Counted from the first letter of the whole stretch, positions 1 through 13,105 are shown. The stretch: 56,441 nucleotides of DNA, filler included, from Platydemus manokwari (GCA_037951405.1; 3 parts of 3 records of this genome joined end to end with filler, not necessarily neighbours in it); one strand, 5' to 3'. Program-made: numbers and translations. The notes: generated by a model not told the origin, from the letters alone.

Positions 1-1499
1 AATATCAAGGTTTGGGAAATAATTGATGTTAATCATGATATTTCATCTCTGGTGGCTTAATGCCTTTAGTCGATCATTTAATAACGGTAATTGTGCTAAT
101 AATTAATTAGCAAAATGTTAAGTGATTATAATTGTTAGTAAATCATTAATTTTTTCCCTTCTTTCTGTTTTCTAACATTTCCATATAAGCATGAACAGTT
201 AGGTTTCATTCTTGTGTTGAAGATATTCTACAGTCAAACTGTCGTTTTACCTTTTATTTCTGATACATTCAAGTCTTCATTATATTACAAAAACGTGGAT
301 ATCATACAATAAACATTCCTACGAGAACCAGAACTCTCAAAAATTCACAAGACTGCGTAACGGATTACTTCATAACATCCAGGCAGATGAAATTTAAAAA
401 AACACCAAAAATGTGCCCAAAATTTCCAATCAGAATTTGCTGTCTGATGCTACTGCGGTTGCATTGGACCAGTTACTGGGTTAAAATACCACTTCGAGAG
501 TCACAAACTACAAACTACCAGCGCAAAAACAACACTGATATTAATGCCTTACTCCTCACAAATGAGGATCTAATTTCGGAATGACTATCAGGCGCTGCCA
601 TGGAAGCCCATCTGATCAACAAAATCTCAGACAATAACAACAATATCTTCATCAAACCACAATCTGCCATAGCAATAGAAAATAATGACTACCAGTCATT
701 CTACAAATAATTCCCGTTCCAGAAGCTGGCAACATGACAAAGCGCATTCTGGTTAATTCACTGGAACAACTGGCATTGGAACCTGTACATAGTCGACCTC
801 GATAAAGAATGCTCTTACTTCATCGATCAAAAAACGAGGCATCTCTCCACACCTCAAAAGTCTCTATGGAACAAATTGGACTCAATTTTACAAAATCTAA
901 TTACAATCAAAGAACCGATTTATCTGAAACATTCAACTCTTAGATGAACTTCCACTTCAACTAAACTCACCGAACTGTGGCCTCTTCGTGATACAACATA
1001 TGCAAACAAATGTCAGGTATTCCACACCCCAGTCCTACCTCATCTTCGAAATGACATCAACAAGATCATATCAGACACAATTCTCTTCCACAAACTGTCA
1101 ATTCAATCCAACAATGAAAACAGTCCCACGATGAACTCAATTATGATCGAAGCAATAAAACTGAACGAGACTAGAGCTGATTGACCTCACACAAATGCTA
1201 ATATCAGTGCGTACTGCAATAGCAATAACCGATCAAACCCGTTTCTCTGCAGAGAAAATGGTCAAACCATCAGTCCTCCACTTCTCAGACCAATTAACTT
1301 CAGACTATAAACTTCGCAATCAATTCCTCAAGGAGTCAAAATAGACACTTCGAAGTATCATGCCATCAATAAGCCCGACCCCTAGTCCATCCGTACAAGA
1401 AATTATAAATCATTATTCAAAACCAGCTCCGCCGCAAATCACAGAAAAATCTAAACCAATTATTCCTAGACACAAATCTAAATGTTATCACTCGCACTG

Positions 1500-3535
1500 A
1501 TATTGAGCACACCTTCAAAAAACTGACAAACTCGGCACCTGGAAACAATGGGATCAATTAAAAAGATTGGAGATTAATCGATCCCCAGCACATCTTCCTC
1601 CAATCAATGTTCAATAGAATCCTCAAGAAGAAAACGATACCGAATCAATGGAATAAATGCAACACAAACCTTCTCCTGAAACCTGGAGAACAATCAACAT
1701 CCCACATGATCACATCCTGGCGTCCAATTGCTCTCACGGACTCATCTTACCGGATCTTCACTACAATACTAAACCTAAGGCTACTGAAATGGATAGATGC
1801 TGGAAACTTACTGTCACCAAACCAAAAGGCAATCTTTGCATCAGATAGATGCGCAGAGCACAATGCTTATCTATTCTTACTGCAAGAATACGTAGCTTAG
1901 CACAACAAGGACCTACATCTCAGCTGGATCTACCTCAAAGAAGCCTTCCCAAGCCTACCACACGAGGTCATCTGGTATACGCTTAACAAAATGAATTGCA
2001 ATACTCATTACGTTGAGATGATCAAAGCCATAAATCAGGACTCCAAATCAACGTGCACCTATGGAATGCTCAAGACACCACCAATTCCAATCTAGTGGAG
2101 TAAAACAAGGATGCCCCTTGGCAATGATACTCTTCTGCATGTCAATTGATTTCATCCTGCGCTCCTCAGCCAGTATACCGTGCCTCTTACAATATATGAC
2201 ACTCAATTATCAACACTGGCCTGCGCTGACGATATCTTTATCATAGCAAATTCTGGAGAAAACTTGGAAAACCGGCTGAATCAACTTATTCATCAAGCAA
2301 CGGATATTCTACTCACAATCTACCTCCAAATGTGGCTACTTCTGCAAAAAATAATTAAAACCGAATCGGCCTGACAATATTCGAAGAATCAGTGCCAATC
2401 ATGAATAGTGACAATCTTGGGGTGCCCTTCGGTCTACCAAGCGATCACCGGTTGACCACATCCTGGAATCAATCATCACAGACTTTGAATCTATCGCAGA
2501 CTCCAGACTGCATTCTACACAAAAATTTGAGGCTTATAATATTTTTTCTGCACTCGAGATTGCCTTTCCACCCCCGAATCCAACAAGTAGAAACTACCAA
2601 ACTGGATTCAAGTAAACTGATCTCAAACCAAAATAATGAATCAGTACAATCGTTTGACAAAAAAATATGTCGAATATCTCGCAAAATACCAAAAATGAAC
2701 GGATCAAACTCAAGCAATAACAACTTCATCCATGCACCTACCAAACTTAGCGGGATCGGGACTTACTACATCCCTCATGGAATATTGCATACGGAGCATT
2801 GTCGGTGACTTCAGCTATCTCACAAGCTCGGACCAAGAATTTAGAACATTCATGTCAAATCACATAATCAACATTGTGAATCACCAAATTACTGAATCAA
2901 ATGATCTCGCGACAACACTTCTCTGGATCTCTGACAAACTACCAACTGAAAAACCATTCTCGGCAGCAACATGGTGGACTAAAACTCGCCTTGCAATCAG
3001 AAAACTTAGGAAGAGCCAAATCGATTTGGAATTTTACAACCACCACACTGAAATTCTCCTGAAAATCACGGTGGACAACAACAAGACTTATCATTTCAAC
3101 TTCAACAATCGTGGTTAACTCTCAGGCATTCTACACGACTCGGTATCAATGCATTCCTTTGACGAGTGGGTTACCATGAAAAGACAAGGAAGACTGGTTC
3201 ACTGCTTTTCGGCCAGTCATCTCTCGCAAAAGCCTCTGGAAAACTTTCACTTGTCACCAGAAGTTAGGATTTTCACGTATCAGGCCAGAAACAACCTACT
3301 ATTACTGAATTACACACCGTATTTCATGAAGAATGGGAAATCAGTCTTATACCGCGATGCCAAACAGAACAGGAAACTGATGCTCACATATTCAGCCACT
3401 GTCCAGCGGTCCCTGGTCTGGCATCAAAAAGAAACTCAATCATTTTGGACCACCTAGGTAACTACTTACAATCATTCAGACTGGATACCGATATTGATAA
3501 AAGTGTTAGGCGAACCCCCTGAGATATAGTGATCA
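1500..3535 (+). mobile_element. Decayed non-LTR retrotransposon of the restriction-like-endonuclease group (R2/NeSL/Utopia-like): RT, CCHC finger and start of RLE; many frameshifts and stops
   Basis: APGNNGIN*KDW near 1536; WRPIAL...YRIF and LSPNQKA (ORF 1607-1900); GVKQGCPL (ORF 2061-2246); LACADDI at ~2216-2236 (YADD equivalent); QARNNLL (ORF 3149-3457); RCQTEQETDAHIFSHC at 3355-3402; DIVI at 3523-3534 (PD-like start of RLE), after which homology stops. The 5' part probably extends upstream to ~390. Confidence 0.85.
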
Positions 3536-3901
3536 AACATTTTTGTACACACTGGGCAATCATAATTAGCACCCTACATATTAAAACATACATATATCAT
3601 AACCTTGATTATGGACTGATCAAAAGAAGCACGCTTAAGGAGGACAATCCAACAGAAGACAATGCAGCTTCATCAAGAATTGCTTCATCAATAACTATAA
3701 ACTTATTCTTGCTATTATGAATTGCTTTTAACAGTTTTGATATCAACAATAAACAATTGGTGTAATTTTTACTATTATGAATCGTTTTTTATTTATTTGT
3801 TAAACAATTTTTATTATTCATTCTGTAATCGTTTTGTCATAAATGAAATGAATATTTATAAAATTCGTGTATGCGGACGAGGTGAACAAATTCGGAGGAG
3901 G

Positions 3902-4649
3902 TGTCAATAAAGCAAATAAATGATAGTGTTGATAATAAAACGAAAAAGAATAAATAAATAGTTAAATAATAAAATTAAAAGAAAAGAAAATAAATAAATA
4001 AAATATGAAAAAATATGAAAGATGTAAAATAAGGTTAAATTAAATCAATTAGAATAAGCATGGGAAAAATTGATTAAATAAATCGTGAGAAACTAATTAA
4101 TCAAAGTGAGCCAAATTCGTTAAACTAAACCAAAATGAGAGAAATTATGAGAGAAAAATCATCAGTTATTCTTGTGAAAAAATAGACAGGATCAGACGCA
4201 TATAAATACCAGGGCTGATCATAGGTGAATACCATAATAATAATCACACTAAGTGGAGACCTCAGCCGAGAAATTATTATTTCGAATCAAGAAAAGACTT
4301 TGACGGACGAAAATTACGAATGACCAATTGCGGAGGACTATCAGCTTTTAAGTGGCATGTGAACATATATCATCAATTACATTATTTGACTATTAATTCT
4401 GGGGTTTATTTTCATTCGAGATTCAGCAGTAAGTATTTTTTAGGTTACGTTTTTCATTCATTTCTTAAAAACGCTCGCTCGTGATAATTATTGTAATAAT
4501 TAATAATTAATTTTTACATTAGCTATCATTAACTTTGTTATTGGCTTTGTTGATAATAACTTCTTCCGTATTATTTTATTTAATATCTTCATCCGTTGAA
4601 TGGATTTTCCTGTTAATCGATGAGGCGAGGTACGGGGCATTTTGAAACA
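3902..4649 (+). mobile_element. LTR-like sequence (gypsy-type)
   Basis: Purine tract GGAGGAGG (3894-3901) directly before TGTCAA; ends TTGAAACA (imperfect terminal inverted repeat, TG...CA); internal TATAAATA at 4201; followed by TTTTTGGTG (PBS-like). Confidence 0.5.
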
Positions 4650-4759
4650 TTTTTGGTGTTCTTTTTTAATATTAAATGTTACCTTTTCTGTTTTCTAATT
4701 AATAAAGAATTTGAAACTTCATATTGCTATTTTGAATTATAATCAGTACGCATAGAGTC

Positions 4760-4918
4760 ATGTCGATCGCTGTTATACCACGATACTATAGGTTGTCACA
4801 TTACATTAATTTACTAAAGATTGTTACCAAACAGTATAATGTCGAATTCATACCACGAGACTGTATATTGTCATATTATAGTAATTTTATTGAAGATTGT
4901 CTCTATAACGTATAATAT
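4760..4918. repeat. Two diverged tandem copies of a ~78-bp unit
   Basis: ATGTCGA...ATACCACGA.ACT.TA..TTGTCA.ATTA...TAATTT...AAGATTGT...GTATAAT occurs twice in tandem. Confidence 0.7.
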
Positions 4919-5139
4919 CAATCATTTCAATCTTCAGTCATTGTGTTATCATCAATTATTAGCAATTATCATCAATTAATGCCTCCAAGAGAAGTAGAAC
5001 CGTTTGTTAAAGGTATTCGGGCCTAGCCCTATAAATAGGAAGAATATGCGTCTTTGATGGTGTAGATGAATGATGATTTTATATAAATTGATCTTACTTA
5101 TTCTTGCGCAATCTCCTATTGAATCGATAAACAATCGTT

Positions 5140-5660
5140 AAAATTATTTCTTCCAGATAAATCTGGTCATATCCCGTACATGCAATTGAATCTGTTCTAC
5201 TGCTGTTAATGTGCTATCGTGTCGCTTATTAATTGCAGTCACTGCCTTATATTTTCTGCGAATTTTATTTATTATCGTGCATGGGTTTAATGCATTGGAA
5301 TATTTTAAGGTAGTGAAAAATTCTCAGCCATTAATTCTGCCATGCGAGAGAGAAATTCTCAGTGATTATTTTATTCCATGGCTTTTAAATTTAATGCTTG
5401 ATATTTATTGCGCAGGTATTTATTTAATTCATGATATTTATTTAATGTCTAGCTATTTAATTTATTTTAGGTGTATATTTTGTCTGCAATGCGCGATAAT
5501 AGGTGTTAGATATTTTCTGCGCGATAACACATTACGGGTTAATTATAATTATTATTTTATGGGTATTTTTTATTATAAGGGAAATTTTTAAAGGGTTATT
5601 TTAATTGCAATATTTTGTGAGATATTTTAGACGGGTAATGCAATATTATTCTGGGTATAA
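5140..5660. repeat. Diverged copy of the hairpin-rich LTR-like family seen at 43050-43450
   Basis: ACTGCCTTATATTTTCTGCGA (5221-5241) looks like a deletion derivative of 43246-43292; AGTGATTATTTTATTC is shared with ~43390-43405; GATATTTTCTGCG recurs. Confidence 0.45.
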
Positions 5661-6189
5661 TATATTATATTTAAATTATATCAACCGCAAAGCTTTTCCG
5701 GAATTATAATTAAAAAAATTTAAATATTATTTTCATGCAATGTACTTTTATACTTTGATACAGGGGTGATTTTTAATACACTAACTCATGCAAATAACGG
5801 AGTCAGTTTTTTTCAAAACTCCAACAGTTTTATCAAATAAAATAAACTGTTAAGGTACTATTTTTTAATTAATTAATACTTTAATTAATTTCTGACTTCA
5901 ATTGGAATTTTTTAAACTAGGATTGATGCCACTAAAACTATATTCATTGTCTATAACTGAAACTCTGAGTGAATTATAATTAATTATAATGTAATTGTTA
6001 TTAAATACTTTATTTCAACCCAGAATATATATAAATACAGTGCCAAAAGTAAGAAATGAGCACAAAAGCCTTTAACAATAATCTGTAAACCACTATCGAT
6101 AATTACGGAAAAATTAGCTGACACCAAGAACTCACCAAAACTAGCAAAGACTCAAATCAAGGCGAGACGTGATTCAACGAAATCAAAAT

Positions 6190-7100
6190 AATTCATGAAG
6201 TAAAGTTCCATTGTGGTAAATGCGGTAATGCATGCAATTGGATTAATTACTATTTAGACAATATAGGAAAGGTGGAACAGAAAATTTACCAACCGTTTAC
6301 ACAACAATTCTTCTTTGACCTCGATTTTCAACGTAGTTTGGTGCAATTACCTACAACTGCTGGTTATTCAATCTCTTTCGAGGCAAGACAGTGGCACGCA
6401 TATGATCACATCACACAATTTTAAATTTTTATTATAGTACCATACTAATTGTTGATGCTATTGGTGATTTGTTTTATTTTATGCGAATGAGATCTCTATT
6501 TATAATTTGTAAATAATATTTTACGTATCCCATCTTATGCCAACAAACAATTTAATTTATAAGCCATCTTATAGGAAGCCCAGTTCAACTTACAAACATA
6601 ATATGAACTCAGCTAAGGCATAACAATAATAATAATTTAATAATTATTATAATAATCCCCAGTTTGAAAGTTATTTCATATTCCTTTGAGAATGACAGTG
6701 AGCAGATGTCCAGAGCCATACTCTAATTACAACGAAGCATGTGATGTATTCTGAACCTGCAAAAGAACAGACATGCTGATTTTGGAATTTGTTATTTAGT
6801 TTTTTATTATAATAATAATTATTATTCACGACACCATTATCAGTACTATGGAATTCTAAATATCCATTCTAAAGATGTTCTGTTACCTCGAACAACTCTA
6901 ATACACGTATCGAGATGGGATCAGCGGCTCTAGCCAGTGATTTAATTGATTTCTTATTATGTATCAAATCTTTTAATATTCAATGTCACAGATGTACCTT
7001 ACTAAAAGGTAATGAGATGATTCTGAAGGTGATATTATTTACTGAAATGATGTGAGACCTCATGACACCTGCCAAATGTAATATTACAACGACTTTCTGT
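6190..7100 (-). pseudogene. Possible heavily decayed class A GPCR-like pseudogene
   Basis: Minus-strand fragments in the expected order: SLARAAD (6940-6920, TM2 LAxxD-like), SMALDIC (6722-6702, TM3 DRY-region-like), FHLSYIV*IVINPIAC (~6280-6230, TM7 NPxxY-like). Many stops and frameshifts; the motifs are short and could be chance. Confidence 0.2.
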
Positions 7101-10100
7101 TTTAAATTAACTTTTATTATTGTAACAACACTGTCAACAACAATATATACACTTAATAAAAATTGGATAATAAACGACTGATATTTTATACATAATTCCA
7201 GAAGCGTCTAAGTTTAATAAAACCCTGAAAGAAATAATACCAGGTGTTCAAGAACTTTTGGATCAAACCTGATAAATAGGAAGAACATGCAGTTTACAAT
7301 GTAAATAGAGTAGATTGATTGACAATTTGCAAGTCTATGATTGGTTACTGAGTTGTCTATCAATAATACTAGCTTGTATCGATCCTTTGAAAGTTGCTTT
7401 AAATGGATTTTGATTAATTTTCACGTTATATATAAGTTAATATCCCAATAAAAATAAAACACAACTGCCATACTAAATTAACGATTGTTAGATATTCATA
7501 TAATTCTTAAATGTATTGATATAATTGATAGCATATCAAATCTCAAACAGAAAAACATGTAAAAAATGATGTTACAAAGATCATAATAAAGTGGGTTCTC
7601 TTAATAAATTTTAATATTTCATATTCTGAATGCCTTCTCAAAAATCTTTGAAATGATATTGTTTAAGATTTCAAAGGAAAGGATAGCGGTTCCTTTAATG
7701 ATATTACTTAATGTCTATTCATAAATTTATTTTAACCTTCGACAAAATGTTAAAAGATAACTTTGATAGATGTGTTTTTTTACTGAAGATTGTAATAATT
7801 TTATTTTTAAAATCATTTTCCAAATCAGCTAAATGTTTATAAATAACTTTTTAATATAGTATTTAATAATTATATAACTTTAAAACAATAAATTTTAAAT
7901 TTCATAAATATGTATTTTATCATTTCTTTTAAAATATTTTATTTTTATCATACGTAATCTTTTAACTTGTTTACATTTCTTTCATTTATTGAAGTGCAAC
8001 GTCATATCACATTATTTAAAATAACCGGTACATATTTACTAATCTAAGCATACATTAATTTCATATGGCAGTGAAGATTGAAAGTTACAAATTGTAGATC
8101 AACATACATTATAAAATTATAGCTGTCATAAATTTACAGTAATTTCAGATTTGCAAACTATCGATGGATATTAGAACTTTGCTTAAATTTCAATTTAAAA
8201 AATTAATTTTTCGATTTTTCGATACCTAAATTATTTCGAACAAATTTTTAAATATTTGTATTGCATAATTACAATTGAATGTAATTATTTCTGTATATAT
8301 AATGCATAAATACGAATCACTTATAGTAATGTATTGAAAATCACTTGAATGTGTTTCTAATTACTCCTTTTGTCGCATCATCATTATAATTCAATAAAGC
8401 TAATTACATTTATCAATTCAAAACAATTATAATGATACCATTGTTTGGAATAAAACAATAGACAAATTATAACTGTGTCTGAAAAATTAAAACAAAAATT
8501 TGTAATACCAGATAATTTAGCATCTTTTGTCAATGATTAACCTGTACCTAAGCTTATCTAAACATTTAATTTATAGTTGAGTAGTTTAAAGATAACTTGT
8601 TTTAATTGTGATATTAATAAACCTAATAATCATAGTAATTTTAACATGTGTCTGCATGAATGAAATGAGAAATATACGAATTCTACTTCTGTCATTACCC
8701 CAATGTGAAGAACGAATTTTTCCATGAAGTAATAACACATAAACTACTCACTTTAAAGAATAAATATATGCGAGGATCAAAATGATGAAAATGCGTCAAT
8801 GAAATTTAAGTCACAAATGATGTGCCAAACTTAGAATTTATTTGTGCCCCATCATTATAAAGGAATTGTAGATATTTTGATTCTTAATAAATTAGGACTA
8901 ATTGCTATTGTTAGAATATCAACTGAAGTTGAGTACTGAGTAATTATAAATCACAATGAATTATAAAAATCGATTCTTCACCAAACACGACTAAAATCAC
9001 ACTAAATCAACAATAGATAATCATACAAGGAGTGATCAGCACCCGAAAGTTAAATAACAAAATAGAGGACAACCAAAGATGTTAGCGACCAAAAAGACTG
9101 ATAGTGGTTCGTGAAATCTACTCACTTTTATAGACTAGTCGTGTGTGTTCACTTGATGTTTTAGAGTTTTAATTTTCATTCGATAGAGTCGTACATGTGT
9201 CGGTCTGTTAGCAAATTCTCTTGCATCTCTCATACTTTTGGCGAGTCTACATGTTTGTTGCCAGTTGTTGGTGTGGGTCAGTTGATTATTGAGTTCTAAA
9301 TATGGATTGATATATATATATATAAGAAGAATCTGACTGGCACGTGCGCTTATCGAATCTGTGAATTGAGGATTATAACCATCGTTTTCGTGAATATTTT
9401 TGGTTGTTCTTGTGACCTACCTAACACTATGCATTCACCAAATAAATACCAATACACCAAATTCAAACATAAAGTGGATCTCCTGCATAATTTTATTGGA
9501 AGATGTCAAATGCCATTTGATCAACAAAGACTGTTGAAAGATACACACTTCATAAGCCTAAAAATACGAGTAACTAAATAAAAATACTAAGAAGAATAGC
9601 ACCGACTGGAAAGTCGAACTATATACTTTCATATGGTTTATGAATGATCTACTCGCAACATCACAGTATTGAATAAACTTCGGATCAAGAAAATAATAAT
9701 CAATAAAACAGTAATACTATACATCAAAACCAATATTAGGGCAGACTAATTGAATTCCATCGAGATCTTGCTAGTTGAAATTTCAGACAAGTAAAGAATC
9801 CAAACATTCTAGATGGGTATAGAGTGCACAATTCAAATGATGAATTAAAAGATTAATTTAAGAATGAAGTCTTACCAAATTGTTGAAACAAAGTCAAATG
9901 AAGACTTCAAACTTCTTTTCTGAACTGATCAATTCAACACGAATTCTCGTTGGAACGAAAGTAATTATTACCGAGTGAGAAGAAATCCACAGGATAAATG
10001 AGAGTTACTGAAAAATACTACTTATTAAATAAATAGTTATTGTTATAACTGAAAATAATTGCGAGATTGACGATCGATATAACAGCACTTACAAAGCGTA

Positions 10101-11363
10101 ACACTAACTATAAATATTTGAATAAATAAAATTTTCGAAATGAATTTCTGCAATCATTTAAATTATATTTTTCTGTGATACCTATACTTCTTAAATACTT
10201 TATTCAATCAATAATAATCTTTACGATGTTAAGACCTTGTAAATTCATTTCTAATTCTAATCGATCATGAGATGTGGAAAAACGATTTACCTGCTATAAT
10301 TGTCAAATTTATTTTTAAAAATATCTGTTTTTAAATCATTAAAAATAATATTACCTTTTAATGTAGATTTCTATGAAGAGTTATGGCTTGTGAAATATTA
10401 TTAGCAATTACTAATTATTTCTGATCTTATGATTCTGTTATTCTTATATTAATTCAGTAAGATACTATTTATATTAATGCGAACAAACATAGCTACTTTA
10501 TAACATCAAAATATTTTATACAATCTAAATTATTTCAAACAATTTGAAATTTCGTTTTTAAAAAAGCGAAATTTAAATTCTCTTTAGATTTGTCAGAATT
10601 TTCAAATAACATATTGTGTAACGTTAAATAGCAGCTCAATGAAGTAATATAAATAATAACTCAAACCCAAGAGCGAAACATTATCTGTGGTCCACTATTC
10701 CTCAAAATGTTTGTCCTTCACAATTTTATAGTATTAACTAAGATTTGCTTGTTCAAACAATAAAACTAATTAAGTTAGAGATTAATATAAATTACAAACA
10801 GTATAGAAACATCAAATTATGCCAATCAATAAATAAAAATGAAGCTTAAATTTAAAAACAAATTAATGGTCATATGATCATAAAGTATAAAGAACGAGAA
10901 AACTAATTTATTGATAAATGTACAATACTCATTAACTTCCAAAAATAGCTGTAATACTTAGTTACTAAAATTTTTCAACAGAGAGTACAGCAAACTACAC
11001 CTAACGAATTGAAAGACCAACAGAATTAAAATGATACAACAAATAAGTACATCAAATATGAATTTATGAACCAATTCAATTCAATAAACAAATATAAAAT
11101 TTAGACAATATAAATATACATAAATTTAACAATTTCAAGAATATAATAATAAAATTCACCCATAATAAACAAAGAATAGAAATTGACAAGAATTTATAAA
11201 TACAGTTACAAATTTGCGCGCAAGAAATGTAATTTAATTTATTGATTAATTGAAACAACTGACAGTCATCATAACCTGATTGACAAGTAAATCTGATTAA
11301 AACGTCGATAATTATTTGGAATAAAGCTTCACGAGGAGTATTAAGTTACCAAAGTCTGGTAAA

Positions 11364-12347
11364 TTAACGAGAAGTATGTCCGTTGAAATTTGTATAACGA
11401 GTACAACCAGGTACACATTGAGAAGAATCGCCATTGTACTTGGCATGAAAAATACAAATGTTTGATATTTTCAAATCCAATGGTTTCGGTTGAAACGAAC
11501 AACCAAGCTGACATTTCAGAGCACCTGATCCATATTTTAAATGATAAAAACAAAGATTTCGTGGTTTATTTTTGTCGTTGAAAGTATGTAGATCGGAGTT
11601 GATTGTTGGAGATGATGGTCTGGAACTTGATTTGGGTGTTGAAACATGTTGTTTATTTTGGGTTTTATTTTTCGAATTTACTTGCTGTTCTAGTCTATTA
11701 AAATTTTCTTGAAGTGTTTGAAGTTGTAATTTCAAAGAAAAAAGTTCAGTAGATAAATAAGTAATGATTTTGTCATCTGAAGATATTTCATTAGACATTT
11801 CAGTATTTTTAACTGGCTGTTTTTCAGAAATTTTATCAGCAAAGTCTGCTAATTTACGAAGTTCAATATTGGAGATTCCATTCACTATTTTTTGTACCAA
11901 AGGAGGCAATCCAGAAATAAACGAATGACGCATAATCTGATCATTGTCTTTTGTTATACCTGGATATTGTGACTCAAGATCTTCAATAGCTTTATTTAAG
12001 TATTCAGACGGTTTACATCCACTTCTGGAATTTTTAGAAAAATAGTTTTCAATGATCTCATTAGGTTTGCCTTTATAATATTCGTACAGTAAGTCTTTTA
12101 AAGAATTGTATGGATTGCAAGACGTTGACACCTCAACTAAATCATCTGATAAGAGTTTAAGAATATCCAGAGGTAAGCACGATAAAGCTTGATAAAATTT
12201 ATTAGTAGATGATAAGGCAGAAAAATCAAATTTGGCTTCAAGAAGTTGAAACCATGTTTTCGGTGATCCAGACTTATTTAAAAAAAAAGGAAGTTTATCA
12301 ACAGTGTTATCAGAATTTCTCACTGATTTGTTATTTATATATTCCAT
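11364..12347 (-). CDS. Intact stand-alone Ty3/gypsy (CsRn1-like, DUF7041-type) Gag protein, 327 aa, with two CHCC zinc knuckles
   Basis: KLPFF...PKTWFQLLEAKF...KFYQALSCLP...PYNSLK...KPSEYL...FISGLPPLVQ...LADFADKI match the CsRn1-type capsid pattern, followed by a coiled-coil segment, CFYHLKYGSGALKCQLGC and CIFHAKYNGDSSQCVPGC. No stops or frameshifts. No intact pol downstream. Confidence 0.88.
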   Translation of the reverse strand: MEYINNKSVRNSDNTVDKLPFFLNKSGSPKTWFQLLEAKFDFSALSSTNKFYQALSCLPLDILKLLSDDLVEVSTSCNPYNSLKDLLYEYYKGKPNEIIENYFSKNSRSGCKPSEYLNKAIEDLESQYPGITKDNDQIMRHSFISGLPPLVQKIVNGISNIELRKLADFADKISEKQPVKNTEMSNEISSDDKIITYLSTELFSLKLQLQTLQENFNRLEQQVNSKNKTQNKQHVSTPKSSSRPSSPTINSDLHTFNDKNKPRNLCFYHLKYGSGALKCQLGCSFQPKPLDLKISNICIFHAKYNGDSSQCVPGCTRYTNFNGHTSR

Positions 12348-12727
12348 CTAAAATATAATAAATATTACTTCCAAATGATTTGGTATAATTATTTTACTTT
12401 TAAAATTACAAACCCTGTGAAAAATTATAAAAACACAAATTATTTGAAATTCATTTTATATAAAACAAAAACAATAACACATATTAACAAAACTTTAGTT
12501 AACAAATTAACTATACAGATTAATAAAAAATTATTTTAAAATTAAAATACTTATAAAGTTTAAGAATAATTAGTAATGTTGTTAATATTAAAATTATATA
12601 TGAATAATAAATAAAATTTATCATATGAAATTTGAATTTGATTACAAATACTGGTTAAAGCTAAAAAATAATGTCCTAAAATAAAATTTTTAAATTGTGG
12701 AGTGTATTGCAAAAATCTATATAGATT

Positions 12728-12827
12728 NNNNNNNNNNNNNNNNNNNNNNNNNNNNNNNNNNNNNNNNNNNNTTAATTAATTAANNNNNNNNNNNNNNNNN
12801 NNNNNNNNNNNNNNNNNNNNNNNNNNN
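12728..12827. other. Assembly gap with artificial six-frame stop linker
   Basis: 44 N + TTAATTAATTAA (12772-12783) + 44 N. Confidence 0.97.
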
Positions 12828-12829
12828 TC

Positions 12830-13105
12830 TTAATTCATAAAATAACTCTATCGGATTATCACATCGTGCTGAATTACCAGATTGTAATCCTTTTCCTTGT
12901 GATGATGGTGGTGGTTGTTGTGATCCTTTTCCTTTTCCTTTAGAATTTGATTATCTTTTTTCTAATGTATCTCTCAAAAATTTAATGAAAAAATCATCCT
13001 TAACCTCTATGAAAGGTACATTTGCTGCAGTTAGAATTTTAAAATAATTCTCAATTTCTTCAGTTTTTATTGCATCTACATCTTCGAAACGCGTACCTCC
13101 AAATA
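12830..13105 (-). mobile_element. Polinton/Maverick-type ORF fragment
   Basis: Minus translation ...SQGKGLQSGNSARCDNPIELFYELR resembles the GKGL...DDPNEL..RL motif of an accessory Polinton protein; one internal stop; cut by the gap. Confidence 0.4.

Noticed and set aside
5759-6065. TA-CAGGGGTG and TA-CAGTG Tc1-like TIR starts
   Set aside because: No convincing partner TIR found by eye.
12772-12783. TTAATTAATTAA palindrome centred in N runs (also 35090-35101)
   Set aside because: The identical 44N-linker-44N layout occurs twice, so it is a scaffolding artefact; contiguity across these gaps is not guaranteed.
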